Made by a program: the position numbers and the translations under genes. From Planctomycetota bacterium (GTDB lineage: Bacteria; Planctomycetota; UBA1135; UBA2386), in contig OZ245838.1 of assembly GCA_965228735.1 (NCBI GenBank), forward strand, positions 3,008,001 to 3,072,000: a stretch of DNA of 64,000 bases, in the 5' to 3' direction. The notes beneath the pieces are model-generated. The model was not told the DNA's origin. It did no database searches and saw only the letters and a list, made by a program, of their open reading frames with translations. Shown here one piece after another: positions 37,588-47,217 of the stretch (its first letter is position 1; every line of letters begins with the position of its first letter).

Positions 37588-38265
37588 TCAGTCCTCGTCG
37601 TCAGCTCCATCGGTCGCGCGGCCGTCACCCGCCATCTCGTCGACCTCGCGGATCGCGACCCACTCCGCCAGCCCCGACCGCCAGACCAGCGTCTCCGCAT
37701 CGATCCGGCCATCGCGCCAGAGCAGCCAGAGTTTGGCGCGCGGCACCGGGCCGCGCTGCTCACCGTCCAGGGCGTAGTACCATTGCTCGCCCGGGTCAGC
37801 GCCGGCGCCACCCGCTGGCGCGGGCCCCGGCCCTGGCCCCGGACCTGGCCCCGACCCCGACCATTGGGCGGCGTCGCCCCGATCCTGCCCCGGCCCGAGC
37901 AGCGCCGGGTCACCGGCCGACGAGGTATCCACCCCGAGCGCGCGGTCGTGCGCGCCGAGGCGCTCGTCGTGCGCGCCGTGCCGGTGGTCGCTGACCTGGC
38001 GCTCCTTCTTGAGCAGCTCGCGCAGCTTGCGGGTCTCCGCGCGCCGCCGCTTCTCCTTGGCCTCTTCTTCCTTCAGGTTCGGCAGCAGCAGGATCAGGAT
38101 GATCCCGATGCACTGCGTCACGACGCCGATGAAGAACCAGCCGACCGGGCTGCGACCGCGGCTCGGCGCGATCAGCGCGCACACGACGCCGAACACGCTG
38201 TAGATCAGCACGACGACCAACAGGCCGACGAGCACACCGACCGCTTCACTGACGGCGATCATCAT
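37588..38265 (-). CDS. Membrane protein with coiled coil and C-terminal GYF_2 domain, paralog 1
   Basis: 'WYYALDGEQRGPV...TLVWRSGLAEW'; 'IAPSRGRSPVGWFFIG'; PG-repeat linker. Confidence 0.85.
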   Translation of the reverse strand: MMIAVSEAVGVLVGLLVVVLIYSVFGVVCALIAPSRGRSPVGWFFIGVVTQCIGIILILLLPNLKEEEAKEKRRRAETRKLRELLKKERQVSDHRHGAHDERLGAHDRALGVDTSSAGDPALLGPGQDRGDAAQWSGSGPGPGPGPGPAPAGGAGADPGEQWYYALDGEQRGPVPRAKLWLLWRDGRIDAETLVWRSGLAEWVAIREVDEMAGDGRATDGADDED

Positions 38266-38711
38266 GTCGTCGCGGCGAACCAGCCGAACGCGCGCGCCGC
38301 CCACGCGAACAGGATGCCGACGAGGAACAAGCGGTGACCGAGCCACCGCAGCGTCCGATGCGCCGAGAGCATGTGGCCGCGCCGCATCACGTCGAGGTGC
38401 AATAGCACGGCCGCCGCCGCGAGGACCGCGACGACGAAGCCGCCGGGGTTGAGCGCGAGCGCCTCGTCGAAGCGGCCCTGCACGACCATCGACGTGCTGC
38501 GCGTGAGCCCGCAGCCGGGACACGCGCACTCACCGAGCAGCGAGCCGAGCGGGCACGGCGGGCCCTCGACGCCGAACAGCGTGGCGGACTCGCGGGACAC
38601 GGTCGTGGTCGCGGCGATCACGAGCGCGCCAGCCGCCGGCACCATCATCAGCGCCGCCGAACGACGAACGGCCGCAGGGGCCGAGGTCTCGCTGTGCGCG
38701 GCGGTGCTCAA
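38262..38711 (-). CDS. DUF2752 domain membrane protein
   Basis: 'PCPL...ACPGCGLTRS...ALALNP'. Confidence 0.85.
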   Translation of the reverse strand: MSTAAHSETSAPAAVRRSAALMMVPAAGALVIAATTTVSRESATLFGVEGPPCPLGSLLGECACPGCGLTRSTSMVVQGRFDEALALNPGGFVVAVLAAAAVLLHLDVMRRGHMLSAHRTLRWLGHRLFLVGILFAWAARAFGWFAATT

Positions 38712-38712
38712 C

Positions 38713-38961
38713 TCAGAACCAGGCCTTCTTGCCGACCTGATACTCGCGGATGAACTCCTCGTCCGACTTGGTCAGATAGATGATGCCCTCGATCAGGCCG
38801 ATGATGGAGCCGACGCACAGGAACCCGAGGATGAGGCGAATAACGCCACCGCCGACATCCCCGAGAACGAAACGGTGCAGGCCGAACCCGCCGAAGATGA
38901 TCCCGAGAACGCCGCAGAGGACGCGCTTGCTGTCTTGGGGAGTGGGAGGAGGTGTGCTCAT
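38713..38961 (-). CDS. TM2 domain protein
   Basis: 'KRVLCGVLGIIFGGFGLHRFVLG...IGLIEGIIYLTKSDEEF..EY...KKAWF'; AAGGA RBS upstream. Confidence 0.9.
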   Translation of the reverse strand: MSTPPPTPQDSKRVLCGVLGIIFGGFGLHRFVLGDVGGGVIRLILGFLCVGSIIGLIEGIIYLTKSDEEFIREYQVGKKAWF

Positions 38962-39053
38962 GGGTCGAATTCCTTCTACGAGAGGGGCGGACAGATATCA
39001 GGGAAACGCCCCAGAACCAACCGGCTCCCGCAATTCCGGCCCCCGACACGGGT

Positions 39054-39824
39054 TCAGCCGCCGAGCGCGTCGCGGTGCGCAGGCAGGTTCTGGGCGATGC
39101 CCTGGTACGTCGCGGCGAGCTCGAGCGCATTCGTGAGCTCGGCGTTCCAGCTGCGATAGGCCGCCCGCTTCGTGAGCTGCACCGCCTCGGCCGGCAGCTC
39201 GGCGATCGCCGCGGCCCGCCGCTTTGCGGCGGCAAGCAGGTCCTCGGGTTCGACGACATCGTGCACGAGCCCGATCCGCAGCGCTTCGTCCGTATCGACG
39301 ATCCGGCCCGTGAGCATCATCTCGAGTGCACGCGGGAAACCGATCGTCCGCGCGAGGAAGAACGCGCCCCCATCGCCCGGCACGAGGCCCACGCGCACGA
39401 ACGTCGAGCCGAGCTTCGTGCCACGCGCCGCGATCCGGATGTCCGCCATGCAGCAGAGGTCGAGACCCGCGCCGATCGCAGCACCGTGGATCGCCACGAC
39501 GATCGGCACGCGCGTCTCGGCAAGGGCGCGCGGCACGGCCTGGATGCCGTCGATGTAGCGTCGGCGCAGTTCGGCCGGATCGCCGGCGAACATGCCGGAC
39601 CGCGCCTTCATCGCCTTGACGTCGCCGCCCGCGTGGAACGTCTCGCCGTCGCCGTGGAGCACGACGCAGCGCACCGCTGGATCGTCGTCCGCGGACCGGA
39701 GTGCCGCGACGAGCTGCGCGCACATCTCGTCGCTGTAGGCGTTGCGCGCTTCGGGGCGCGCGAGCGTCACGAGCGCGAGGGCATCCTCGACTGCGTAGCG
39801 AACGTGCTCAGGGGTACTGGCCAT
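39054..39824 (-). CDS. Enoyl-CoA hydratase/isomerase (crotonase) family
   Basis: 'FHAGGDV', 'AIHGAAIGAGLDL...DIRIA', 'VGLVPGDGG'. Confidence 0.93.
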   Translation of the reverse strand: MASTPEHVRYAVEDALALVTLARPEARNAYSDEMCAQLVAALRSADDDPAVRCVVLHGDGETFHAGGDVKAMKARSGMFAGDPAELRRRYIDGIQAVPRALAETRVPIVVAIHGAAIGAGLDLCCMADIRIAARGTKLGSTFVRVGLVPGDGGAFFLARTIGFPRALEMMLTGRIVDTDEALRIGLVHDVVEPEDLLAAAKRRAAAIAELPAEAVQLTKRAAYRSWNAELTNALELAATYQGIAQNLPAHRDALGG

Positions 39825-39936
39825 GGCGATGTTGTAGCAGGCCGGGCAGGCCGATGGATTCTCCGAGTCGCCCCGGCGATCGCAGGGGCGATGACAAGCA
39901 CGTGAGGCTCCCTGCCGTCACCACGAGGCCTCGCCG

Positions 39937-42900
39937 ATGCGCCCGCGCCCCACCGGCCCACTCCCGGCACCCGTCTGCCTGCTGTCCTTCCTGCTGCCGA
40001 CCCTGCTGACCGAGCTGCCCGCCCAGGGTGAGTTCGTCAACTTCGAGGACCCGCAGGTCCGCCCCGTCGCGATCGCGACCATCAGTGCGGGGCCGAGCGC
40101 GCGTCGCTTCGCGCTCGTCTGCAACACGCCGGACAACTCCGTCGAGATCTACTCGGCCGCCGCACCGTTCGACTTCGTGGCGCGCGTGCCGGTCGGCCTG
40201 TCGCCCGTGACGGTGCGCTGGAACGCGGACAACGGTCGGTTCTACACCTGCAACTACCTCGGCGACTCGGTGACGGCGGTACGCCTCGATCCGGCGAGTT
40301 CGCCCGCCGGCGTCCGGCCACGCGTCGAGCGCACGGCGTTCGTCGGCGATCAACCGACCGACATCGTGTTCGTCGAGAACAACACCCAAGCGTTCGTCGC
40401 GCTCGAGGGCAGGAACGGCGTCGCCCACCTGAGCCTCCCCGACATCGCGACGATCACGCCCAATGTGCGACTGCAGGTCGCCGGCGCGCAGGGCCCGCTC
40501 ATCAATCACATCGTGAAGATGCCGCGCCGGCTCACTGTACTGCCGGACGGGCGGTTCTACGCGCTCAACCTCATGGGCGGCGACATCGACTCGCCGCCGC
40601 TGCTCGACATGGGGCTGTTCACGTTCGACCCCAACAACCCGCCGACGGGCGCGGCCGGGCACTTCCACTCGCTCCGCGACCTCGGCAGCACCAACCTCGG
40701 CTGCCGCATCAACGCGGCCGGCGACCGCATGTTCGTCGTCGCGCAGATCGCGCAGAACGACGCGGCAGGCGTCGACGCGGTCGCGGCACAGCCGACCGGC
40801 TTCGTGCAGACGTGGCTGCAGGTCGTCGACCTGTTGCCCGGCGCGGCGGGCGATCCGCCGCAGCTCGTGCCCGAGCAGGTGACGGGCAGCGGCCAGAAGG
40901 CGCTGCTGCAGAGCATCAATCTCAACCGCGACTACTCGCAGAACGCGCTCACGGCGGTCCAGCCAACGGACGCGATCGCGCAGGTCACCGACGTCGCGCT
41001 CGTCGAGGGCGCGACCGGCATCGAGCGCATCGTGCTCGCCGCGTTCGGCTCCGACAAGATCGTCGTGTTGACGCCGGACGGCAGCCAGCCGAGCGGCTAC
41101 CGCGCGCGCCACATCCGCCTCCAGGTGAACCCGGCGGCAGGCGACGGCTACTCCGCCGTCGGGCCGCGCGGTCTCGCGTATGACGAGAACGGCGCGGACC
41201 CGGCCGGCGGCCTGCGACCCGGCCTGGTCTGGTGCGTCAACCGGCTCGACAACTCGCTCGCGATCGTCAACCCGTGGACGGGCACGCTCGTGCTGCACCG
41301 CCCGCTGCGGCACGACCCGACGCCGACCGAGATCCGCGCGGGGCGCAAATTCCTCTACAGCGCGTGGGCGACGTCGGGGAACGGAATGGTCTCGTGCTCG
41401 AGCTGTCACGTCGATGCGCGGACCGATGGGCTCACGTGGAACCTCGGCAACCTCGACGCGCCCGGGCCCGGCATCCCCGCGCACTTCCACGACGGCAACG
41501 ACCAGGACCTCGGCTCGATGCCGGACTGGCCGAACAGCAAGGGCCTCATGGTCACGCAGACGCTGCAGGGGCTGCTCGATTCGCACGTCGAGCCCTACCG
41601 CATGCGCGCCGTCGCGACGAATGCGCCGTATCACTGGCGCGGCGACAAGTTCGACTTCCCGGACTTCAACGAGGCATTCGTGCGGCTGCAGGGCATGCCG
41701 GACGAACCGACGATCCCGGGGCTCAGCGGGCTCGACGCCGACGACATGACGGCCTACCACCGCTTCATCAACACGGTCCACCACGCGCCGAACCCCGAGC
41801 AGCGCAAGGACCGGCGGCTCGGCGGCGAGCTCGGCGACCCGGACGATCCGATGGACGGCAGCGGTGGCCTGCTCGGCATGAAGCTGTTTCACATCATCCC
41901 GACGGTCGGGCCGCGCTCCTGCGTGAACTGCCACACGCTGCCCGACGGCAGCAGCAACACGCTGACGCTCACCGAACTCATCGACGGCGAGCTCGGCACC
42001 CCGGCGCAGACCCAACCGATGGAGACCGCGGCCACGCGCAACCTGTTCCAACGCGAGATCACGATCCCCAACGGCTTCGACGCGACCGATCTGTCCGGCA
42101 ACGTGCCGCTGCTCGTCACCGGTTCCCACGGGCTGCTCCACGCCGGCATCTTCTCCTTCCCGTCACTCAACAACTCGCTGACGATCAACGACTTCATCCA
42201 TCGGTCGTTCGGGTTCGCCCCCGATGCGACGGTCGACCACCTGCTCAAGCTCGCGACCACCGAGTTCGTGCGGCAGTTCGACAGCGGCACGGCCCCGATG
42301 ATCGGCGTCGCGTGGACCGTCGACCCGGGCGACCCCGCTGCCAACAACAGCGTCCTGTCGCTGCTCGAGCGCGAGGTCGACGAGGCCAACGTCGGACTCG
42401 CCGTCTACACGCGATCGGGCGGCATCGAGCGCGGCTTCTGGTTCGACCCGCGCGATCAACAGTATCACCAGGAGAACGGCCCGGCCGTGCTCGACCGCGC
42501 CGGGCTGCTGGCGCTCGCGGGTCCTGGCGGCGACGACGTGGTGATCGCGCAGGCCACACCGACGGGCAGCGAACGCCGCATCGCGAGCCTCAGCGGCCGC
42601 CCGGCGACGCTGACGGGTGCCGCCCCCGATCCGCAGACGATCGCGCTCGTGCCGATGGCGCCCAACACGTTCTACGTCGGCGTGCCGAGCCTCACGGGCA
42701 ACTGGGACCCGAACCACCCGACCCTGCCGTTCCAGTGGAACGTCGCCAACAATGGCCCCGAACCCGTGAGCATGCGGTCCATCCGCGAGCTGCAGACGTC
42801 GCTCGCCGGCACGTTCGGCGTGCCTTTGAGCCCGCTGCGCCACGAACCGCCGCGCCGCCTGCGGGTGATCGGCGCGGGCATCCGCCCCAACGCCAAACTC

Positions 42901-43221
42901 GTGCTCGGGATGCCGCGCCAATCACCGACGAGCGGCCCGATCCAACAGGTCCGCTTCGACCTGGCCCCGACGAAGTACGTGAGCCACGGCCTGCCCGTCT
43001 GGGAGACCGCCGAGGAGCTCGACCCGATGCAGACGCTCGCATTCCTGCACGGCGGCTACTGGTCGCCGGGCGTGGTGCAGGTCATGCGGGCCGACTACTC
43101 CGGCGTGCCAGCCCTCGACCCCACGACCTGGAACCGCTACGTCGTCGCCATCGAGAACGAGGACGGCACGATCGGCGTCGCAGCGACACGACAGTGCCTG
43201 ACGCTACAAGACGACCGCTGA
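39937..43221 (+). CDS. Secreted YVTN/YncE beta-propeller fused to a di-haem cytochrome c (CCP/MauG-like) region
   Basis: Signal peptide; 'VPVGLSPV', 'VGDQPTDI', 'GPRGLA' propeller repeats; CSSCH (41395-41409), 'NAPYHWRG', CVNCH (41920-41934). Confidence 0.8.
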   Translation: MRPRPTGPLPAPVCLLSFLLPTLLTELPAQGEFVNFEDPQVRPVAIATISAGPSARRFALVCNTPDNSVEIYSAAAPFDFVARVPVGLSPVTVRWNADNGRFYTCNYLGDSVTAVRLDPASSPAGVRPRVERTAFVGDQPTDIVFVENNTQAFVALEGRNGVAHLSLPDIATITPNVRLQVAGAQGPLINHIVKMPRRLTVLPDGRFYALNLMGGDIDSPPLLDMGLFTFDPNNPPTGAAGHFHSLRDLGSTNLGCRINAAGDRMFVVAQIAQNDAAGVDAVAAQPTGFVQTWLQVVDLLPGAAGDPPQLVPEQVTGSGQKALLQSINLNRDYSQNALTAVQPTDAIAQVTDVALVEGATGIERIVLAAFGSDKIVVLTPDGSQPSGYRARHIRLQVNPAAGDGYSAVGPRGLAYDENGADPAGGLRPGLVWCVNRLDNSLAIVNPWTGTLVLHRPLRHDPTPTEIRAGRKFLYSAWATSGNGMVSCSSCHVDARTDGLTWNLGNLDAPGPGIPAHFHDGNDQDLGSMPDWPNSKGLMVTQTLQGLLDSHVEPYRMRAVATNAPYHWRGDKFDFPDFNEAFVRLQGMPDEPTIPGLSGLDADDMTAYHRFINTVHHAPNPEQRKDRRLGGELGDPDDPMDGSGGLLGMKLFHIIPTVGPRSCVNCHTLPDGSSNTLTLTELIDGELGTPAQTQPMETAATRNLFQREITIPNGFDATDLSGNVPLLVTGSHGLLHAGIFSFPSLNNSLTINDFIHRSFGFAPDATVDHLLKLATTEFVRQFDSGTAPMIGVAWTVDPGDPAANNSVLSLLEREVDEANVGLAVYTRSGGIERGFWFDPRDQQYHQENGPAVLDRAGLLALAGPGGDDVVIAQATPTGSERRIASLSGRPATLTGAAPDPQTIALVPMAPNTFYVGVPSLTGNWDPNHPTLPFQWNVANNGPEPVSMRSIRELQTSLAGTFGVPLSPLRHEPPRRLRVIGAGIRPNAKLVLGMPRQSPTSGPIQQVRFDLAPTKYVSHGLPVWETAEELDPMQTLAFLHGGYWSPGVVQVMRADYSGVPALDPTTWNRYVVAIENEDGTIGVAATRQCLTLQDDR

Positions 43222-43225
43222 CACC

Positions 43226-43272
43226 CGGCCGTACGGTACCTCGGCCGTACGGTACCTGGTTCATTCTGCCGG
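43226..43272. repeat. Degenerate copy of the REP-like element with a 16-bp tandem duplication
   Basis: CGGCCGTACGGTACCT x2 (43226-43257); 43245-43272 matches the arm at 47908 at 25 of 28 positions. Confidence 0.75.
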
Positions 43273-43282
43273 GTCCCGGCGG

Positions 43283-44617
43283 CTACTTCCTGAGTTCGGC
43301 GACGAGGCTCTCGTACTCGCGCCGAACACCCGCAGCCTCCTTGCTGCCGAACAGCAGCCCCGCGAACGTCGCATCGAGGGTGGCCGCCGCGTCGAGTGCG
43401 TTCTTCAGCGCGCCGTTCTGGTCGATCGCCACGAGCAGCTTCTTCGCGGCATCGGCGTGCGCCGTCGCGCGGGCATCGCCGCGGTGCCGCAGCCAGGCGA
43501 CGCGCACGAGCAACACGCGCAGCTTGGTCATCTGCAAGAACTCGCGGTTCTTGCGGCGTTCGCGAATCCGGTTGGCGGCCTGCCGCTGCGCCGCGAGGAT
43601 CTCCTCGTCACCCGTCACGACGAACCCGGAGAACATCGCCACCGTCGTCATGTCGCCGACGTCGCCGAGCGCCGCGAGCGCCGACAGGCGCGCCGGGTGA
43701 TCCTGCTGGCCCGCGATCTCGTGCAGCGCGAAGAACGCGTCCGGATGCGCCGACGCCGACAGGGTGCGGGCGGCGAGTCGCTGCGCCTGCAACCCGGCCG
43801 TCGGATCCTGCGCGATCGCGACGAGGCCGGTGTGCGGCACGCGTTCACCGGGCAACTTGCTGAGCGCGCGGAACGCCGCCGCCGCGACCGCCTGGTCGCG
43901 ATGCCGGCACAGCCGCAGGACCTTCGCGACGATCGTCGGGTCCGCGTGCCCGTACACCGCGACGCCGTCGAGCGCACGCAAGACCTGATGGCGGTAGCGC
44001 GCCCGCGGCTCCGCCTTCTTGCGATCGCCGAACGCGACCAGCTCACCCGGCGCGTCGAGCCACGGCACGAGCACCTGCATCGGATCGTGCGGCGGCAGGT
44101 AGCGCGCGGCTGCGGTCTCGTCGGGATCCTCCTTGTTCTTCAGCTCGAGGAACATCGCGGCCGCCTTGCCGCGCTGCGCGACCGGGTGCTCGAGGAACCA
44201 CCCGACCGCCGCGCCACCGCGATCGCGCATCGCCTTCTCGGCGTTGTCCTGGTTGTGGCTGTCGAGCGCGCCGAGGTTCCACGCGGCGGCGCGCATGAGT
44301 TCCTCGGGGTCGAGGCGCGCGAGCTGCGGGCCGGCGTGGCGCCAACCCTCGTACATCGCGATCCACTCGAGCAACGCGACGTCCTCGTGTTCGGCGAGCG
44401 CGAGCACCCACGACTTCTTGGTGCGCGCGTCGCCGTCCGCATCGCCGGTCGCCGCGCGGAACGCGACCCACCGGCCTTCGAGATCGCGTTCGCCCCAGTC
44501 GGCCGGCAGTTCCGCGGGTTCGATGGGCTGCGGCTTGACGCGTTGCGGCGTGACTGGCGCTGCAAGCAGGCCGCCGACGAACAGAAGCAGACAGCGCGCG
44601 GTCGTCGATCGCATCAT
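43283..44617 (-). CDS. Secreted HEAT/ARM-repeat-like protein
   Basis: Signal peptide; helical repeats 'AVAAAAFRALSKL', 'RLAARTLS', 'RLSALAALGDVGD'. Confidence 0.6.
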   Translation of the reverse strand: MMRSTTARCLLLFVGGLLAAPVTPQRVKPQPIEPAELPADWGERDLEGRWVAFRAATGDADGDARTKKSWVLALAEHEDVALLEWIAMYEGWRHAGPQLARLDPEELMRAAAWNLGALDSHNQDNAEKAMRDRGGAAVGWFLEHPVAQRGKAAAMFLELKNKEDPDETAAARYLPPHDPMQVLVPWLDAPGELVAFGDRKKAEPRARYRHQVLRALDGVAVYGHADPTIVAKVLRLCRHRDQAVAAAAFRALSKLPGERVPHTGLVAIAQDPTAGLQAQRLAARTLSASAHPDAFFALHEIAGQQDHPARLSALAALGDVGDMTTVAMFSGFVVTGDEEILAAQRQAANRIRERRKNREFLQMTKLRVLLVRVAWLRHRGDARATAHADAAKKLLVAIDQNGALKNALDAAATLDATFAGLLFGSKEAAGVRREYESLVAELRK

Positions 44618-45246
44618 CGGGTCTCCTCCTGGCTGGCCCCCAGGCTCGCGACGCGCGCCACGCGGTCGCCCTCGATCTCGACGAGCAACCGCGGCAGTCC
44701 GTCGGCCTCGAGGTAGCAGCCCAGCGCGCCGCCCGTCGGCAAGGTCGCCGTCCGGAACGTCACCGTCGCGGGCCAGCGGCGCGCGCTCGTTCGTGGCGAA
44801 CCCTCGACACCGACGATCTCCACGCCAGCAGGGCCGAAGGCGCGCTGCGGCACCCGGCGCCAGTCGATCGCCGCGATGCGGCTGGGACAATCGGAGGCGA
44901 CCTCGCCGCCCTGCCGGACGACGAGCCGCAGCGCATCCTCGCGGAGCAGCCGATCGAGCTCCTCGGCCGTGCGCAGATTGCTGCCGGACACACCCGCGAG
45001 GCCGGGAACGGGATCGACTCCGGGGCCGAACGCCGAGATCGTCAGCTGCAGCCAGCGGGCATCGTCGTCCTCGGCACCGCCGGCCATCAGCTCGGCCCGC
45101 ACGCTCGCCACGGGGCGCGGCACGAGCGCGTCCTCGTCGTAGAGCGCGGTCTTCGCATCGACCACGACGGCCACTGGCGCGGGAGGCTGCCCGACGACGG
45201 GCAGCAGCGCGAGCAGGAGGGCGAACGAGCAGATGGTCCAGGGCAT
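44614..45246 (-). CDS. Hypothetical secreted protein
   Basis: Signal peptide; stop overlaps the next gene's ATG, with GGAGG RBS before the next gene. Confidence 0.6.
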   Translation of the reverse strand: MPWTICSFALLLALLPVVGQPPAPVAVVVDAKTALYDEDALVPRPVASVRAELMAGGAEDDDARWLQLTISAFGPGVDPVPGLAGVSGSNLRTAEELDRLLREDALRLVVRQGGEVASDCPSRIAAIDWRRVPQRAFGPAGVEIVGVEGSPRTSARRWPATVTFRTATLPTGGALGCYLEADGLPRLLVEIEGDRVARVASLGASQEETR

Positions 45247-45301
45247 GATCTGAACTCCGGGCAGGCTGCGGGTGGAACGCGACGATCCGAGGATACGAAC
45301 G

Positions 45302-45327
45302 AACGCCGCCGCCGTGCCCTCCGTTCA
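45302..45327 (-). promoter_or_regulatory. Possible ECF-type promoter (TGAAC-N17-CGTT)
   Basis: Matches the generic ECF AAC/CGT pattern upstream of 45246. Single instance only. Confidence 0.3.
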
Positions 45328-45389
45328 TTTCCGAAACGGGCAGCGGAGCGGAATCCCTCGCGCGGGACAGCAACCGCCCGCCCTTTCGC

Positions 45390-47156
45390 TCACCGCGACC
45401 ACAACTTGACCGCCTCGTACCACTTCGTGGCCCAGCACTGCTTCTGGATCTGCTCGTAGATCACGAGCCGGTCGCTCTTGTTGCCCGCCTTGCGCGACTT
45501 CGCGAACAGGCGGTCCGCCGCCTCTTGCTGCTCGGCGCGGAGCTTGTTGTAGCGCTCGAGGATCGGCGCGGCGGCCGGGGCCGTGCCGAACTCGCGGCGG
45601 AACGCGAGGAAGTCCTCGATCCACTTGCCCTGGCCGCTGCGGTCGGAGTCCATGCGGGCCTGGAGCCGTTCCATCACCTTGGCGGTTGCCGCCGCGAGTT
45701 CGACCGGCAACGACTCGTCGACCAGGCCATCGGAGGAGTCCGGATGCCGCCCGTTCCGACGCGCGAGCAACGCGCCGACGTCACGCCAGGCCCCGGCCGC
45801 GGCGCGTTCGCCGGCGAACTCGGTGAGCTTCTCCGGCGATGGTGAGCTCACGCCATCGAGCCACCGCACCGCGTCGTCGACGGGCAGGAGCGCGAACTGG
45901 TGCCCGACGTTCTTCGGCGCGAACAAGCGCGCGAACGGGAACCCACCGTCCATGATCCGGCTCTCGCAATACTCCCCCGCCGAGTATTTCACGACGTCGT
46001 CGGCCTGCCCATGGATCATCGCGATGGCGACCTCGTGCTGCTCCTTCTGGCGCCCCGCCGGGAAGTTGTCGGGCTCGCACTGCACGAGCAGGTTGCAGCT
46101 CATCGGGAACGCGCCCGCGAGCAACTCGGGATAGAACATCACGAGGCAGTAGGTCAGGAAGCCACCCTGGCTGTGGCCGCCGAGGAACCAACGGTCGACG
46201 CCGAGCTGGTCGCCGAGTTCACCGAGGGCGCCGGCGACGAGCGCGGGGCTCTGCTTCTGCGCCCAGATCGGGCCGACACCCGGGCCGCCGAAGTTGACGT
46301 AGGTGTAGTTGAAGCGCAGCGCGTCGGGCTTGCTCGCCGGGCTCATGCGTTCGCCGTCCAGCCCGACGACGAGGTAGTCCTTCGCGAGGTCGGGCCAGGC
46401 GGACACGATCGTGTCGACGTAGGCCCGGCTGCTCATGTTGGAGCCGTGCAGGATGCAGATCGCCGCCCGCTTCCGGCCCGGCTCGTAGTCCGCGGGCCAG
46501 TGCACGTGGTAGCGCACGCCGAGCTCGGTCTGCCCGCTCGTCGTGGCGCCGGGTTCGATAGCCGCGTTCGCCGGCACCTTGCGGTATGCCCCCCAGAAGC
46601 GGTCCTTCGCCTTCTTGCCGAGCAGCACGTCGCCGCCATTGAGTTCGAACGTGCCGCTGCCCGAATCGCGCCCCTGCTCGTAGTCGAACGCGAGCTTCCG
46701 ACCCGTGACGTTCCCCGTGATCGAGCCCGTGCTACCCCAACCATAGGTGCCCGTGACCTTGGCGCCGTTCTGCGTGAGCTGCATCGGGCCGACCGACGAC
46801 ATCCACTCGCCGCCGAACGACGGGAGGGCAACGGCAGCGCCGCCTCGCCGTACGACCAACGTCAGCAGGTCAGCGCAGCGGAACGCCCTCGGCTCGCCCG
46901 CGACCTCGACCGCGAGGAGGGCCGGCCCGAGGTTGCCGCGCAGTTCGACGCCGGCCGCGACGACGACGTCGGGGTCGCCGAACGTGATCTGCTCGAGGGT
47001 CTCGGTCCGGATCGTCGCGCGGCCGAAGTCGGTGGCCATCGTGAAGCTCTCGACGGGCCAGCGGGCGACCACGGGATCACCGGCCTTCGGCGCAAGTTCG
47101 ACCTCGACCGGTCCCTGCGGGGCGACCACGACCATCGACAACAGAGCAGCGAGCAT
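45390..47156 (-). CDS. Secreted alpha/beta hydrolase (esterase-like) multidomain protein
   Basis: 'ILHGS', nucleophile elbow 'GHSQGG', 'IHGQADDVV', 'VGH'. Confidence 0.8.
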   Translation of the reverse strand: MLAALLSMVVVAPQGPVEVELAPKAGDPVVARWPVESFTMATDFGRATIRTETLEQITFGDPDVVVAAGVELRGNLGPALLAVEVAGEPRAFRCADLLTLVVRRGGAAVALPSFGGEWMSSVGPMQLTQNGAKVTGTYGWGSTGSITGNVTGRKLAFDYEQGRDSGSGTFELNGGDVLLGKKAKDRFWGAYRKVPANAAIEPGATTSGQTELGVRYHVHWPADYEPGRKRAAICILHGSNMSSRAYVDTIVSAWPDLAKDYLVVGLDGERMSPASKPDALRFNYTYVNFGGPGVGPIWAQKQSPALVAGALGELGDQLGVDRWFLGGHSQGGFLTYCLVMFYPELLAGAFPMSCNLLVQCEPDNFPAGRQKEQHEVAIAMIHGQADDVVKYSAGEYCESRIMDGGFPFARLFAPKNVGHQFALLPVDDAVRWLDGVSSPSPEKLTEFAGERAAAGAWRDVGALLARRNGRHPDSSDGLVDESLPVELAAATAKVMERLQARMDSDRSGQGKWIEDFLAFRREFGTAPAAAPILERYNKLRAEQQEAADRLFAKSRKAGNKSDRLVIYEQIQKQCWATKWYEAVKLWSR

Positions 47157-47217
47157 TCCGCGAACCTACCGCATCCCGCCGTTGCCCGGAATCCGCCCCG
47201 CACGCTACGGTGCGGTC

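Noticed and set aside
37824..37862. Short tandem repeats (PG repeats here; GS repeats near 36945-36980; EQGG repeats near 58128-58170)
   Set aside because: In-frame low-complexity linkers with no sign of phase variation or mobility.
39937..43221. Anammox hydrazine synthase subunit
   Set aside because: Propeller plus haem c is superficially similar, but there are no neighbouring hzs-like genes and the motifs fit the CCP/MauG-like group better.
43226..43257. CRISPR array
   Set aside because: Only two abutting 16-bp copies with no spacers and no cas genes; it belongs to the REP-like family.
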